A stretch of 64,000 bases of DNA from Isurus oxyrinchus (taxonomy: Eukaryota), in assembly GCA_026770705.1 (NCBI GenBank), contig JANJGN010000011.1:113584001-113648000 (forward strand). Direction: 5' to 3'. Within the stretch, counting starts at the first letter, position 1; each line of letters starts with the position of its first letter. The notes under the pieces are model-generated. The model searched no databases. It was not told the origin of the DNA and saw nothing but the letters and a program-made list of their open reading frames with translations. Of the stretch, positions 49,414-60,594 are shown piece after piece. The position numbers and the translations under genes are program-made.

Positions 49414-50663
49414 CTGTTTCTATCTCCACAGATGCTGCGAGACCTGCTGAGTTTTTCCAGCATTTTCTGTTTTTGTTTCAGATTTCCAGCATCTGCAGTA
49501 TTTTGCTTTTACTCATACTAGAGGAATTTCTAACCTTCAGAAACTTCAGTGACCTCATTATTTTTAAAGTGGTGCTAATGCCCTCTGTGAGCACTGACAA
49601 TCAAATTCCAAAGAAATGCACCAAACCCCTTTGCATTTCTAAGGCAGAGCTTTGACCAATGGAGACGGTATGTCAGCAAAGGACAAAAGGGACCCTGAAT
49701 CCTGTGTTAAACATTACAAGATTCCAGACCTGCAAAAATATATCCTTTGACCAAGACCCAGGAGAAGATGTGGGAGGTATGTCACATGACCTCCCCAAGA
49801 TGCTAGAACCTGTAACATTTCTGTGTGGAATTGAACCCAGGCAGTCCACCATTTTATTATCCAACAGGTAGCAGCAGAAAGAGCTCTTTCCAGGTGAAGT
49901 GCCCGGCCCTCACCTACACGGTGAACTACTTGAACACTAGAACTTCTGTATCTGTGCCTTTAAGAGTAATTCATCTCTAGGTGCCTTCTCCCATCGTGGA
50001 AGTTCTCGCTTCTAGAAAGTCAGATCACCCTGCAACAATTCCAGCCTGCTAACTCCTTATTTTATCTTATCTTTGCTGTGGGGCTATTAATAGAGGATTG
50101 GATAACTCCAAACTGAAGATTTGGGGAAAACACACTACCACTTATAAAGGGGGAAATCAGAGATCAAAAACACCTTTCTGTTTACAGCTGGGTAGTGAGA
50201 GGAGAAACCAGGGCTGTTTAAATTAATCTCCCTCCTGACCGTACAAGCTCAATGACTGAAATTGGAGTGATTTTGGTTTTGGATTGAAGGTGGCAGAGGT
50301 TGAAGTTTCTTTTACTGTTCTGTAAATTATCGCCATGCCTGTGGGTAATTGCCTGGAGGTGAGGTGCAATATTGCAGCAAAGAAGATGGTGAATGGAGTT
50401 TGTGCGATGGCACAGCCTGGTTCGACCACTCTTCACTGAAATAACATGTGATGGTTCCATTGGTGAGTACCACAGAGTGCCTGTCATCACAAAGTAGGTA
50501 CAGGGCAGCTAAATTTGGGGAGGATACTCCATAAACCTTCAGTGTTGACAGAGTCAAAGGCTTTAGCATTCCTTGCATTTTTCTTCAAAGTTCCTTGCAA
50601 GTAATTTTATTCACATAACTCTGCTATTCTTCTATTGATTTTAACTTTGTATCAAGATTTCTA

Positions 50664-51285
50664 TCATAGAATCACAGAATCACACAGTGCAGAAGAGGCC
50701 CTTCGGCCCATCGAGTTTGCACCGACACGTGAGAAACACCTGACCTACCTACCTAATCCCATTGACCAGCACTTGGCCCATAGCCTTGAATGTTATGACG
50801 TACCAAGTGCTCATCCAGGTACTTTTTAAAGGATGTGAGGCAACCCGCCTCCACCACCCTCCCAGGCAGTGCATTCCAGACATCACCACCCTCTGGGTAA
50901 AAAAGTTTTTCCTCACATCCCCACTAAACCTCCTGCCCCTCACCTTGAACTTATGTCCCCTCGTGACTGATCCTTCAACTAAGGGGAACAGCTGCTCCCT
51001 ATCCACCCTGTCCATGCCCCTCATAATCTTGTACACCTCAATCAGGTCACCCTTCAGTCTTCTCTGCTCCAACAAAAGCAATCCAAGTCTATCCAACCTC
51101 TCCTCATAGCTTAAATGTTTCATCCCAGGCAACATCCTGGTGAATCTCCTCTACACCTCCTCCAGTGCAATCACATCCTTCCTATAATGTGGCGACCAGA
51201 ATGGCACACAGTATTCCAGCTGTGGCCACCCAAGGTTCTATACAACTCCAACATGACCTCCCTAATTTGTAATCTATGCCTCACT
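50664..51285 (-). mobile_element. Relatively young CR1 3' fragment
   Basis: Uninterrupted 128-aa ORF LSYEERLDRLGL..LEQRRLKGDLIEVYKIM..TRGHKFK..RKNFFTQRVV; (agaatcac)n tail at 50667-50683. Confidence 0.9.
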
Positions 51286-52440
51286 TTTATGTAAAAACGG
51301 TAACAGCCCCTGTTGTAGATAATGGCCAGTGAAACACAACAAATCTGAAAAATAGACTGTGATACACCAAATTGTTTAATGGGTTATCCCTAGGAAGCTT
51401 TTAGCCCATAGAGAATCACAATGAAAAGAACCATCTTCTTTAGAGGCAGTATTCCCATTATTCAGTGTTTCTGCCACAGTTTGTTGTCAAAGTGGTGGAG
51501 TGGTTAAAATATGCGTAAAGCTATGCACATCACAAAATATGAATATTAGTGCCTGATGGCGTGGATTTCACACCTAAACAAAATTGCTTGTTAAACTAAA
51601 TGCCAAAAGTGCTTGAGCATACGTGCTTAATGAGGCAATAAAGACTGAAATATGAAATATGATGAAATATTATTGAATTGGTTATTAGACCATTCCTAGA
51701 ATTGTAGGAAGGCTACAGCAGAGAGGGATGTCATTTGGCCTGCCGTGTACATGCTGGCTCTCTGCCCGAGCAACTCAGCTAGACCCACATCCTGTCTCTT
51801 CCCCCCATAGACCTGCGTTCTTTTTTCTTTTTCAGGTGTTTTCTTTATTCACAGACAAGGCAGAATTTATTGTCCATCCCTAATTGCCCTTGAGAAGGTG
51901 GTGAGCATGTGGTTCATGTAGGCCCACTGTGCTGTTAGATAAGGAATTCAAGGGATTTTACTCAGTGGCATTGAAGGAAAAGTGATATAGTTCCAAGTTA
52001 GGATTGTGAGTGGCATGGAGGGGAAATTGCAGACGGCAGTTGCCCCTTGCCGTTGTCCTTCTAGGTGGGAGTTTTGAAGGTGCAGTCAAAGGAGCCTTGG
52101 CGAGGTGCTGCAGTTCACCTTGTAGATGGTACACACCACATCAGTGATTAAAGGAGTGAACACAATGTGGTGCCAATCAAGTGGGCTGCTTTGTCCTGGT
52201 GGTGTCGAGCTTCTTGAGGTTGCACTTATCTGGACAAGTGGGGAGTATTCAATCACATCTTGTGCCTTGTGGAACGATTTGTGGAGTTATTCATCACAGA
52301 ATTCCCAGCTTCTAATTTGCTTAGTATTTATATGGCTGGTCCAGTTAATCTGCTTGATTGGCACTGGTAATGCTATTGGATGTTAAGGGTAGATGGTCAG
52401 TTTCTTTCTATTTGGAAAAGGTCATTGCCCGGCACTTGTA

Positions 52441-52796
52441 TTTTTTTTTAAATTTGTTCATGGGATGTGGACATCACTGGCTAGGCCAGCATTTGTTGCT
52501 CATCCCTAATTGCCCTTGTTCAGGAGGATTTAAGAGTCAACCACATTGCTGTGGTTCTGGAGTTGCATGTAAGAGCAAGGTAAGGACAGATTTCCTTCCT
52601 TACAGGGCATTGGTGAACCAGATGAGTTTTTAATAACGATCGGCAAGGGTTTCATGGTCATCATCAGACTTTTAACACCAGATTTTTGTTGGATTCAAAT
52701 TTCACCATCTGCTGTGGGACTTGAACCTGGGCCCCCAGGGGATGAGTCTCTGGAATACTAATCCAGTGACAATGCCACTATGACACCTCCTCCCCT
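52441..52796 (-). mobile_element. Full-length tRNA/Deu-like SINE
   Basis: Head at the right end (reverse complement of tcatagtggc and ggttcaagtccc), core, LINE-type tail, poly-T. Confidence 0.88.
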
Positions 52797-53872
52797 CAAT
52801 GTTACTTACCACTTATGAGCCCATGCTTGAGTGTGGAAATGGTCCTGCGGCATTGCAAACATGGACTTCTTCAGTAAAGTGAGGCATTGTGATGGTAGTG
52901 AATGATATGTTATCATCAGCAAACGTCCCTACTTCTGACCTTATGTTGCAGGGAAGATCATTGCTAAAGCAACTAAGGATAGTTGGGCCTAGGATACAGT
53001 CCTGAGGAACTACTATACTGGTGCCTTGGGCATAAGATGAGTGGCATCTAACAACCACAACCATATTCCTATGTGCTAGGTATGATTCCAACCAGCAGAG
53101 AGTTTTCCCCCCTGATTCCCATTGACTTCATTTTGCTCGGGTTGCAATGTTGCCTTGATGATAAAGGCTTTCACTTTCACCACTAGAATTCACCTCTTTT
53201 GTCCATGCTTGGACTATGTCTGTAACGAGGTCTGGAGCTGCATGACCCTGGCAGAATCTAAACTGAGTATCAGTGAGCAGGGTTTTGTGGAGCAACTGCC
53301 ACTTAACAGCATTGTCAACAACAACTTATATACAACTTATATCTCTTTGTTAATGATTGAGAGTAGGCTGATGGAATGGTGTAGTGTTCAATAATTCAGT
53401 TGTTCTGTGTTTGATTATATTAGCCTGTTGCCTGATCTATGTTCACTGTGCTTGATTGATTAAGCCTGGATGTAGCCTCTGGGAGCTAAAGTAAACAGAA
53501 GCTTCCATAAAGACCTGAGAAGTCTGAGCTGCAACATATGGTGTGGAAATACTGCGATTGCTGAGATATTTTAAATAGTGTAAATAAAGCTGTTGTAGAT
53601 TTAGAACTAGTGTCATCTCTGCATTGCTCTGAGGTAGATAAAATGTATATAATGTACAACAAAACAGTGAATACACTACAAAAGTAGTGACAAGGGTGTG
53701 AAAGTTTAACTTCACCAGCTTCAGCAGTGTTTTTTTATCACTGGGGCGGGGTGGGGGGGGGGGAGTCTTCCAAAGTCATGGGATTGATAGATTTTGAGAT
53801 TCAAGACCTACTTGCTGGTTATGGGGGATAGACAGTCCAGATGTAGCAGTGATCCTCAAGAAGGCAATACTC

Positions 53873-54550
53873 ATATGAACGTCCAAATTAGAAGCAGGAG
53901 TAGGCTACTCGGCCCCTCGGACCTGCTCTGTCATTCAGTAAGATCATGGCTGATCTTATTGTAATCTCAGCTCCACATTCCCACCTACTCCCCAAAAACC
54001 TCCCATCCCTTTGCATAGCAAGAATTTATTTACCTCTGCCTTAAAAATATTCAAATGCTCTGCTTCCACCACTTTTTCTGGACGAGAGTTCCAAAGACTC
54101 ACGAATCTCTATGAGAAAATGTTTCTCATTTGTTTTGAATGGGTGATCCCTTATTTTTAAACAGGTGACACCTAGTTCTAGAGTCTCCCACAATAGGAAA
54201 CATCCTCTCCACATCCAACCTGTCAAGACCCCTCAGGATCTTATATGTTTCAATAAAATTGCCTCTTACTTTTCTAAACTCCAGTGGATACAAGCCTAGC
54301 CTGTTCAACTTTAACTAAGAAGACAACCCGCCCATTCCAGGTATTAGTCTAGTAAATCTTCTCTGAACTGCTTCCAACTCATTTACATCCTTCCATAAAT
54401 AAGGACACCAATACGGCACACAATACTTCACATATGGTCTCACCAATGCTCTGTATAACTAAAGCATAACCTGCTTACATCAATTCCCCTCGTAATAAAC
54501 AATAACATTCTATTAGCTTCCCTAATTACTTGCAGTAAATACTCATACAT
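53873..54550 (-). mobile_element. CR1 3' fragment nested in Gypsy 2
   Basis: LNRLGLYPLEFRKVRGNFIETYKILRGLDRLDVERMFP plus tail. Confidence 0.85.
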
Positions 54551-57500
54551 TGTCTTGGAACAGAAGGCCAGTGAATATTCGAGCAGCTTGCTGAAGATAT
54601 CTATGTTTGATACAGCGGTATGCGCTCTTGAAAAAATAATTTGGGCCAAAGAAAAGTGTGACGATCGAACAATATACACTCTGCCAGAGATGCCAGGGAA
54701 ATTCTGAGCTCATTAAACAATTTGTGGCAGCCTTGCAGTAATTGGCTTCTACCCATAAATTTGGTACTCTAATCAGTGAATCAATACATTCAGCAATCTC
54801 ATCAACTTGAGCTCTAGCACAGTCAGACACCTTTAAAACAATGTCTAAGCTGTTGAAATGCTCATCAATTCACTAGTCCATGTCCAGCTTGAGAGGAAGA
54901 TTGTAACTCATCCTTAAAGTGGAACCATTTTGCAAAAGTCTGCAATCATTGACGAGGGGGATTTCATCGAGTTCAACACATGGAGAAGTCTCTCCTTGAG
55001 AATGTGTCCTAGCACGTGTATACCTTGCAAAAGGTAAAGCACCAAGTCATTTTAAGGAACCACCCATTGAGATTACGGGCTTCTCAGTATCACTTCTTAC
55101 TGATGTTGATGCAAAAATATCTATTTTGAGAAACAAACTCTACCATTGATATTTTTCGCAACATTGTCTCACTCTTGTGACAGATACTCTTCAAGCTTAA
55201 AATGACTCAATTATTCTGGTTTTGGGAACAATCACAGTGCCAATATGCTACCAAAACATCACCCTAGACAGGTTCATTTGTTATGTAACTAGAGGCAAAC
55301 GTCTATGGGAGTAAACTTTTTTGACAAGCTTGGTTTCAAACTTGAAGACCTCTCATTACAAATTAACATGATCGATGACAGAGACTGTACAAACTCTTCC
55401 TTATTTACTGGATTGTGGAGACTGAGGGATACTGACAGGCTCCTTGCCTCGACACATCAGTTCCACCAGTTTCACAAAACTTGAGACTGTTGGCATTTGC
55501 AACCTGTGCCAAAGTGTCACAGGAGTTGAAATTATTATAAGTAGAGAGTATCATTTAATGAATTAATATGGATATCAAATCTAGTCATTACACAACGAAA
55601 AAACATGAACTTAGACTGCGTCAACGTTAAAGTGGTCAACAAAGCTATCATTCCAGAAAAGTATCCACTTCATACAAACCAAGAACTGTCAGCATCATTT
55701 CATGACTGCACAGTCTTCACAAAGTTCCATATGCAAGGAAGCTATCTTCAGATACCTCTAGCAGAGCAAAGCTGATAACTTACAGCTTTTGTTCTTCATG
55801 AAGATTTGTTTCAGTACTGCAGAAATGTCCTATAGACTAAGCTCAGCAACAAGCTCATTCCTGAAGATCATTTCTTCAGTCTTGTCAGATATTGAGCAGG
55901 CACTCAACCTACTTGATGAGCTTGTCATCCATGGAAGGACAAAGCAGAACATGGTCAATGATTATCAGCAGTACTTACTTGACTCGCAAAGTTAACACTC
56001 AACAAAAATAAATGCACTTTTGCGGCACCCAAGATTCCAATCCCATCTAACATGAAAGAATTGGTATAATATGAACATACATGAAATAGGAGCAGAAGTA
56101 GATGATTCAGCCCATCAAGCCTGCTCTGCCATTCAATAAGATCATGGCTGACCTGTAACTCCTCAGTGCTACCAACTTTTATCTTTGACACAAATTTGTT
56201 CCTAAGTACTCACAGATCTTGGAGCCTCTTTGGAAGCTAGCCCTCAAAGACACGCGATGGGAATGGAAAGCCACAGAGCAGAAAGCCAAACAGCATTTGA
56301 CATGTTAAAGATGAAGATAGCATCTGCCAGTCCTCGTGCATTTCCCAACCCACGTGTAAATGTATGTCACAGCAGATATGTCAGGAAATGCAATGAATCT
56401 GTACTCTCAGGTGCAATGCCCATTGTTACAAAGCGAACGCAAATACTCTACTGGAGAATGGGCAGCACTAGCCTGCATCTACGCTCGTGAACATTGGCAT
56501 ATGTAACTCTATGGTAGAAAGTTCACTCTCTGCACTGATCACCAAGCGCTGACTACATTGTTAGCCACGTCAGGACCTGGTCATCAACCTCAACACATCT
56601 ACAGATGGTCAGATTGTCTTCATCAGTATAACTTTGAGATTGAGTACCTCATAGGTTCATACAGCTGAGTAGCTGAAATGCTTAGCTGTGCTACTATCAC
56701 AGAAAACATCAGCAATAGCAAAACAACTAGCAATGTTGAAGACGACATGATTGCCATGATTATGCATGCAACCGCAAATTTTGTTATGTGAGAGGAGTTG
56801 GAGGCAGAATTGGTGACAGACAGTGTACTACAAAAAGTAAGCCAGTCCCTCAAAATTGAGTGGCCTCATGAAATAGAGGAAGAACTGATCCCATACTACA
56901 GACTATCACAATTGAAAATGGACCACAGCTTGTTTCCAGTCAATTCATGGATTTCCTAGCAAGTTATGGAATTCATCGCCATCTGATGTCACACTACAAC
57001 CCACAATCGAATGGTGGTGTTGAACGATTCAACTGGGTGATAAAGGACAGTCTGAGAGCTAGTATGTCAGAGGGAAATCATTTGCACAATCCATTCACAC
57101 CCTACTTTGCACATATCGTTCCCTCCCACACTCTCTGACCAGAAAGACCCAGACCAAACTTATTAAAGGTCATAACTTTCACATGCCTTGGCCATTGTAA
57201 TGCTGTCACCATCAGTCAATGGGAATGCCAGAGCAAAAGCAGATGAAGTTGCAAAGTGACAACATCATACTTTGACAGCAAACAGGCTGAAGTTTTGAAG
57301 GATTTGAAGTTGGAGATTGGGTGTGCATCAATGGGCCAAATTGTGTCCACAAAGTTCTATCATCTCTAGGTTCAAAGTAGATCAAGCAGTGGCTCAGTAC
57401 CAATTCTTATCTGTTGGATGATCATACAAAATTGAATGCAAGACATTTGATAGTGAGCAGACCAGGATATTTCAAGGGCGATCATTGTCAAGGTACATTT

Positions 57501-57984
57501 CCTTTGCTGACAAGTAATGTTGATATGTTGATCATCCACCTCATCAAGTTGATGACGCAGATCCGCAGCATCAAATTTGTGGTCTAATCAAAGACCTCAG
57601 AGACATTTATACCTTATACTGTTTCTGTACTTAGAGAAAACAGACAAGCTGAATTCTAAGAAATAACTTGGTGTATACATGTTTGCTCAGAATTATTTGA
57701 TTGAAAATAAGATCTCTAGTTAAATGTTGGAGGGTAGAGATATATGGTTCAATGGTTTAATTGATCTGTGTTTGATTATATTAGCCTATTAATTGGCCTA
57801 TGTTCACAATGCTTGATTGATTAAGGCAATGGGTAGCTAGCTCTGAGAATGAAAGTAAACAGAAACTTCCAGAAAAACCTGAGGTGCCTGAACTGTGAAC
57901 ATGTGTGTAAAAAGCCTATAATAGCTAAGATATTTTAAAGCACTATAAATAAACCTATTGTGGACTTAGAACTGGTGTCACCTC

Positions 57985-58217
57985 ATACAAACATATGGAC
58001 AAGGAGCAGGAGTAGGCCATTCAGCCCCTCGAGCCTGTTCCACCATTTAATAAGATCATGGCTGATCTGATAGTAACCTGAAATCTGCATCCCACCGACA
58101 ACCAATAACCTATCACCCCCTTGCTTACTAAGAATCTATCCATCTCTGCCTTAAAAATACTCAAAGACTCTGCTTTCACCACCGTTTCAGGAAGAGAGTT
58201 CCAAAGATTCACAATCC
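57985..58217 (-). mobile_element. CR1 3' end nested in the 3' LTR of Gypsy 2
   Basis: QRIVNLWNSLPETVVKAESLSIFKAEMDRFL plus tail. Confidence 0.85.
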
Positions 58218-59240
58218 TCTGCATTGCCCTGAAGTAAATCAGATAGATAAAATATGCAACAAACCAGCAAAAATGTAACAGATGGGAATTGGCCAGATTG
58301 GATCCCAGAATGAAAAACCAGTAAGTACTGGGAAATAAAAATACTGCTCCAAATAGGTCTTGTATACCTTAAAATGGAACAGCAGTAAAAACTGGTGTTC
58401 TTCCTTCTGGGGTTTCTTCTGTTTTTTATGGACAGGACATGCCTGTGCAATTTTCCATATTGTCAGGTAGATGCCACTGTTGTAGCTGTATTGAAGCAGC
58501 TTGGTTAGGGGTGCAGCTAGTTCTGGAGCACAAGTCTTCAGTACTACAGCCAGGATATTCATAGCATTCATAGCCTTTGCTATATCCAATGCCTTCAACT
58601 GTTTCTCAATATCACATAGCATGAATTGAATTGTTTGAAGACTGGAACCTCAGTTGCTGGAGACCTTAGGAAGAGGCTAAGATGAATCATCCATTCAGCA
58701 CTTCTGGCTGACAATGGTTGCAAATGCTTTAGCCTTGTCTTTTGCTCTGAAGTGCTGGGCTCTTCCATTATTGAGGATGGAGATGTTTTTGGAGCCTCTG
58801 TTTTATTGTCCATCACCATTCATGATTCGATGTGGCAGAACTGCAAATCTTCGATCTGATCCTTTGGTTGTGCTTTTGCTTAGCTTTGTCTATTGCATAC
58901 TGCTTCTACCTCTTAGCATGCATGTAGTTCCTGTATTGTAGCTTCACCTGGTTAGCACCTTATTTCTAGGTATGCTGATGCTGCTTCAAGCATGTTCTGG
59001 TGTGCTTCTCATTGAACCAGACTTGGTCTTTTGGCTTGATTGTAATTGTAATGTGGGGGATATGATGGGCTATGAGGTTACAGATTGTGATTGAATACAA
59101 TTCTGCTGCAGCTAATGGCCCACAGCACCTCACTGATGCCAATTTTTATTAGATCTGTTTATTAGATTTATCCCATTTAGCACAGAGGTAGTGCCACACA
59201 ACACGAGGTAGGATGTCTTTAGTGTGGTGATGAGACCATG

Positions 59241-60455
59241 GGGATAATCATCCCAGATTTGCACGAAATGCAGTAGTGGGTGGGAAAAGGGATGTTTTAC
59301 CCACGGCCACAATGGCGGCTTTTCACGCCCTATCATCCCAATCCTGTCTTATTAATTATGCAGCCTCAGGAAATATGCCATCTCTCTGGTGGGCAGCCTC
59401 TGAATTGCCCACATGCCATTGCCGCACCGTCTCCTCACTCCCACTGCCATATCTAAACTGTCCAGGACTGTTCCAGTGAAGACATGGTCCTGAAAGCCAA
59501 GAAGAGTACAGTGACCTGTCACTGGAATGCCTTTCGGAGGCCCGCTGTGATGTCCTCCACCCCCACTCTGGCTGCAAGAGGTCCAGCAATCTCACCATTC
59601 CAGCTTGGGAGATGATGATAGTGGTGATCAGTGTCATTGCTGCACAGAAGACATTGGCCACCCAGTGCAGAAAGACAATGAAGGATCTCATCCGTGCCAC
59701 CAGAGTAAGACAGCCATCTCATCACTCTAAACTCACACACTAACAAGCCCATCACGTATTCACTGGCATCTCACTCACTGCCAGCTCAAGGGACACTCTC
59801 TCATACACCCTCACATCTCCATCTGGCCTCATCTCCACTCGATACTGCCTCCTCAGCCCTCACCATTTTGAGGCCACTTGCACAGGTTAACATGTACCTA
59901 CTCCCCAAAACACACCCTGGGATAACCCCCTTCCCCAGTACAGCCCTCGCCATGTAGCTTATTCCCTTGCCTGAGACCAATTCTCCCCCTTCCCCAAGCA
60001 AGCTCTAGCCCTGAAGCTGTTGAAAAGCCACTCCCGCCTTATGGCTGGTCTGGTAGGTATAGGCCTGCCCATAAGACCCCTAAAAGTGATGTGCTGCCTG
60101 CAAAGCCTGGTGCTGATGACCGCTAGTGCTGTCAATGCCAGGTGGGCAAACAAACCTCAAAGTTCCATGCCAAGTGCAGCTCGCTGGGTGCATGTCACTA
60201 ATGTAAAGTTGTGAAATGCTGATGTACTCAGATGTGGGGGTGATGATTCTGGCAAGCTGAGCTTATATGTGATGCATTACAATGAAGTTCCTGACATGTG
60301 ACAATGGGAAACAATGGCCCACCATTGATGGGTGGAACGGACCAATTGCAAGCTGATTTCACGATTTCATGCAACTGATTTTTGGCCTTTCCGTCATGTT
60401 GTCCGCTCATGCCCACCATGACACCCGATGCCAGCAGGTACAGAAAACTTTGCCC
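59241..60455. mobile_element. Internally deleted (1.2 kb) relative of the Harbinger at 10056
   Basis: Ends gggataat / actttgccc; near-TSD atg/ttg; decayed Myb exon 59484-59705 with gtaaga donor; right part matches ~16490-16757. Confidence 0.85.
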
Positions 60456-60594
60456 TTGACTCCGCAAGATCTGTGCGGTGGTCTTGCCTACAAATACTGT
60501 CATAGACAGATGCATTTGTGATAGGTAGATTGGTGAGAAAGGTTGACCACACCATTGTCCTCCAATGGTTTTCTTCTGTTGTCCAGCTGGCTGG

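Larger units (their letters stand above)
48812..49510 (+). mobile_element. Penelope-like element terminal fragment (inverted plus tandem pseudo-LTRs)
   Basis: 48812-48897 is an inverted copy of ~49390-49476; tandem unit repeated at 49265 and 49368; 14-bp TSD actcataccagagg (48798-48811) / actcatactagagg (49511-49524). Confidence 0.82.
46244..50245 (+). mobile_element. Gypsy (Gmr1-like gag) LTR element, non-autonomous
   Basis: Partial 5' LTR 46244-~46468 matches 3' LTR ~48657-50245; PPT gggggaga; TSD agtt/agct; gag AYKLVPEAY, EQFKNCLP, ADSYDLTH, CSRCNKIGHSRHEC; protease LQDTGATQS, LLGNDLA; no RT core. Confidence 0.85.
45790..50600 (-). mobile_element. RTE LINE (45790-46243 plus 50246-50600) split by an LTR element
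   Basis: KPLTLST (KAFD region), SVKSG, APT.FTIFF-like; 'VIEL' | 'LQYTNDAC' joins across the insert. Confidence 0.75.
53380..58280 (+). mobile_element. Gypsy LTR retrotransposon 2, heavily decayed
   Basis: 5' LTR 53380-53680 (tgtagtgt..acactaca); PBS-like tagtgacaag; PPT ggagggtagaga; 3' LTR 57741-57984 plus 58218-58280; TSD aatgg/gatgg; RT (VNKAIIPEKYP, GSYLQIPL), RNase H (FTLCTDHQAL), integrase (YNPQSNGGVERFN). Confidence 0.88.
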
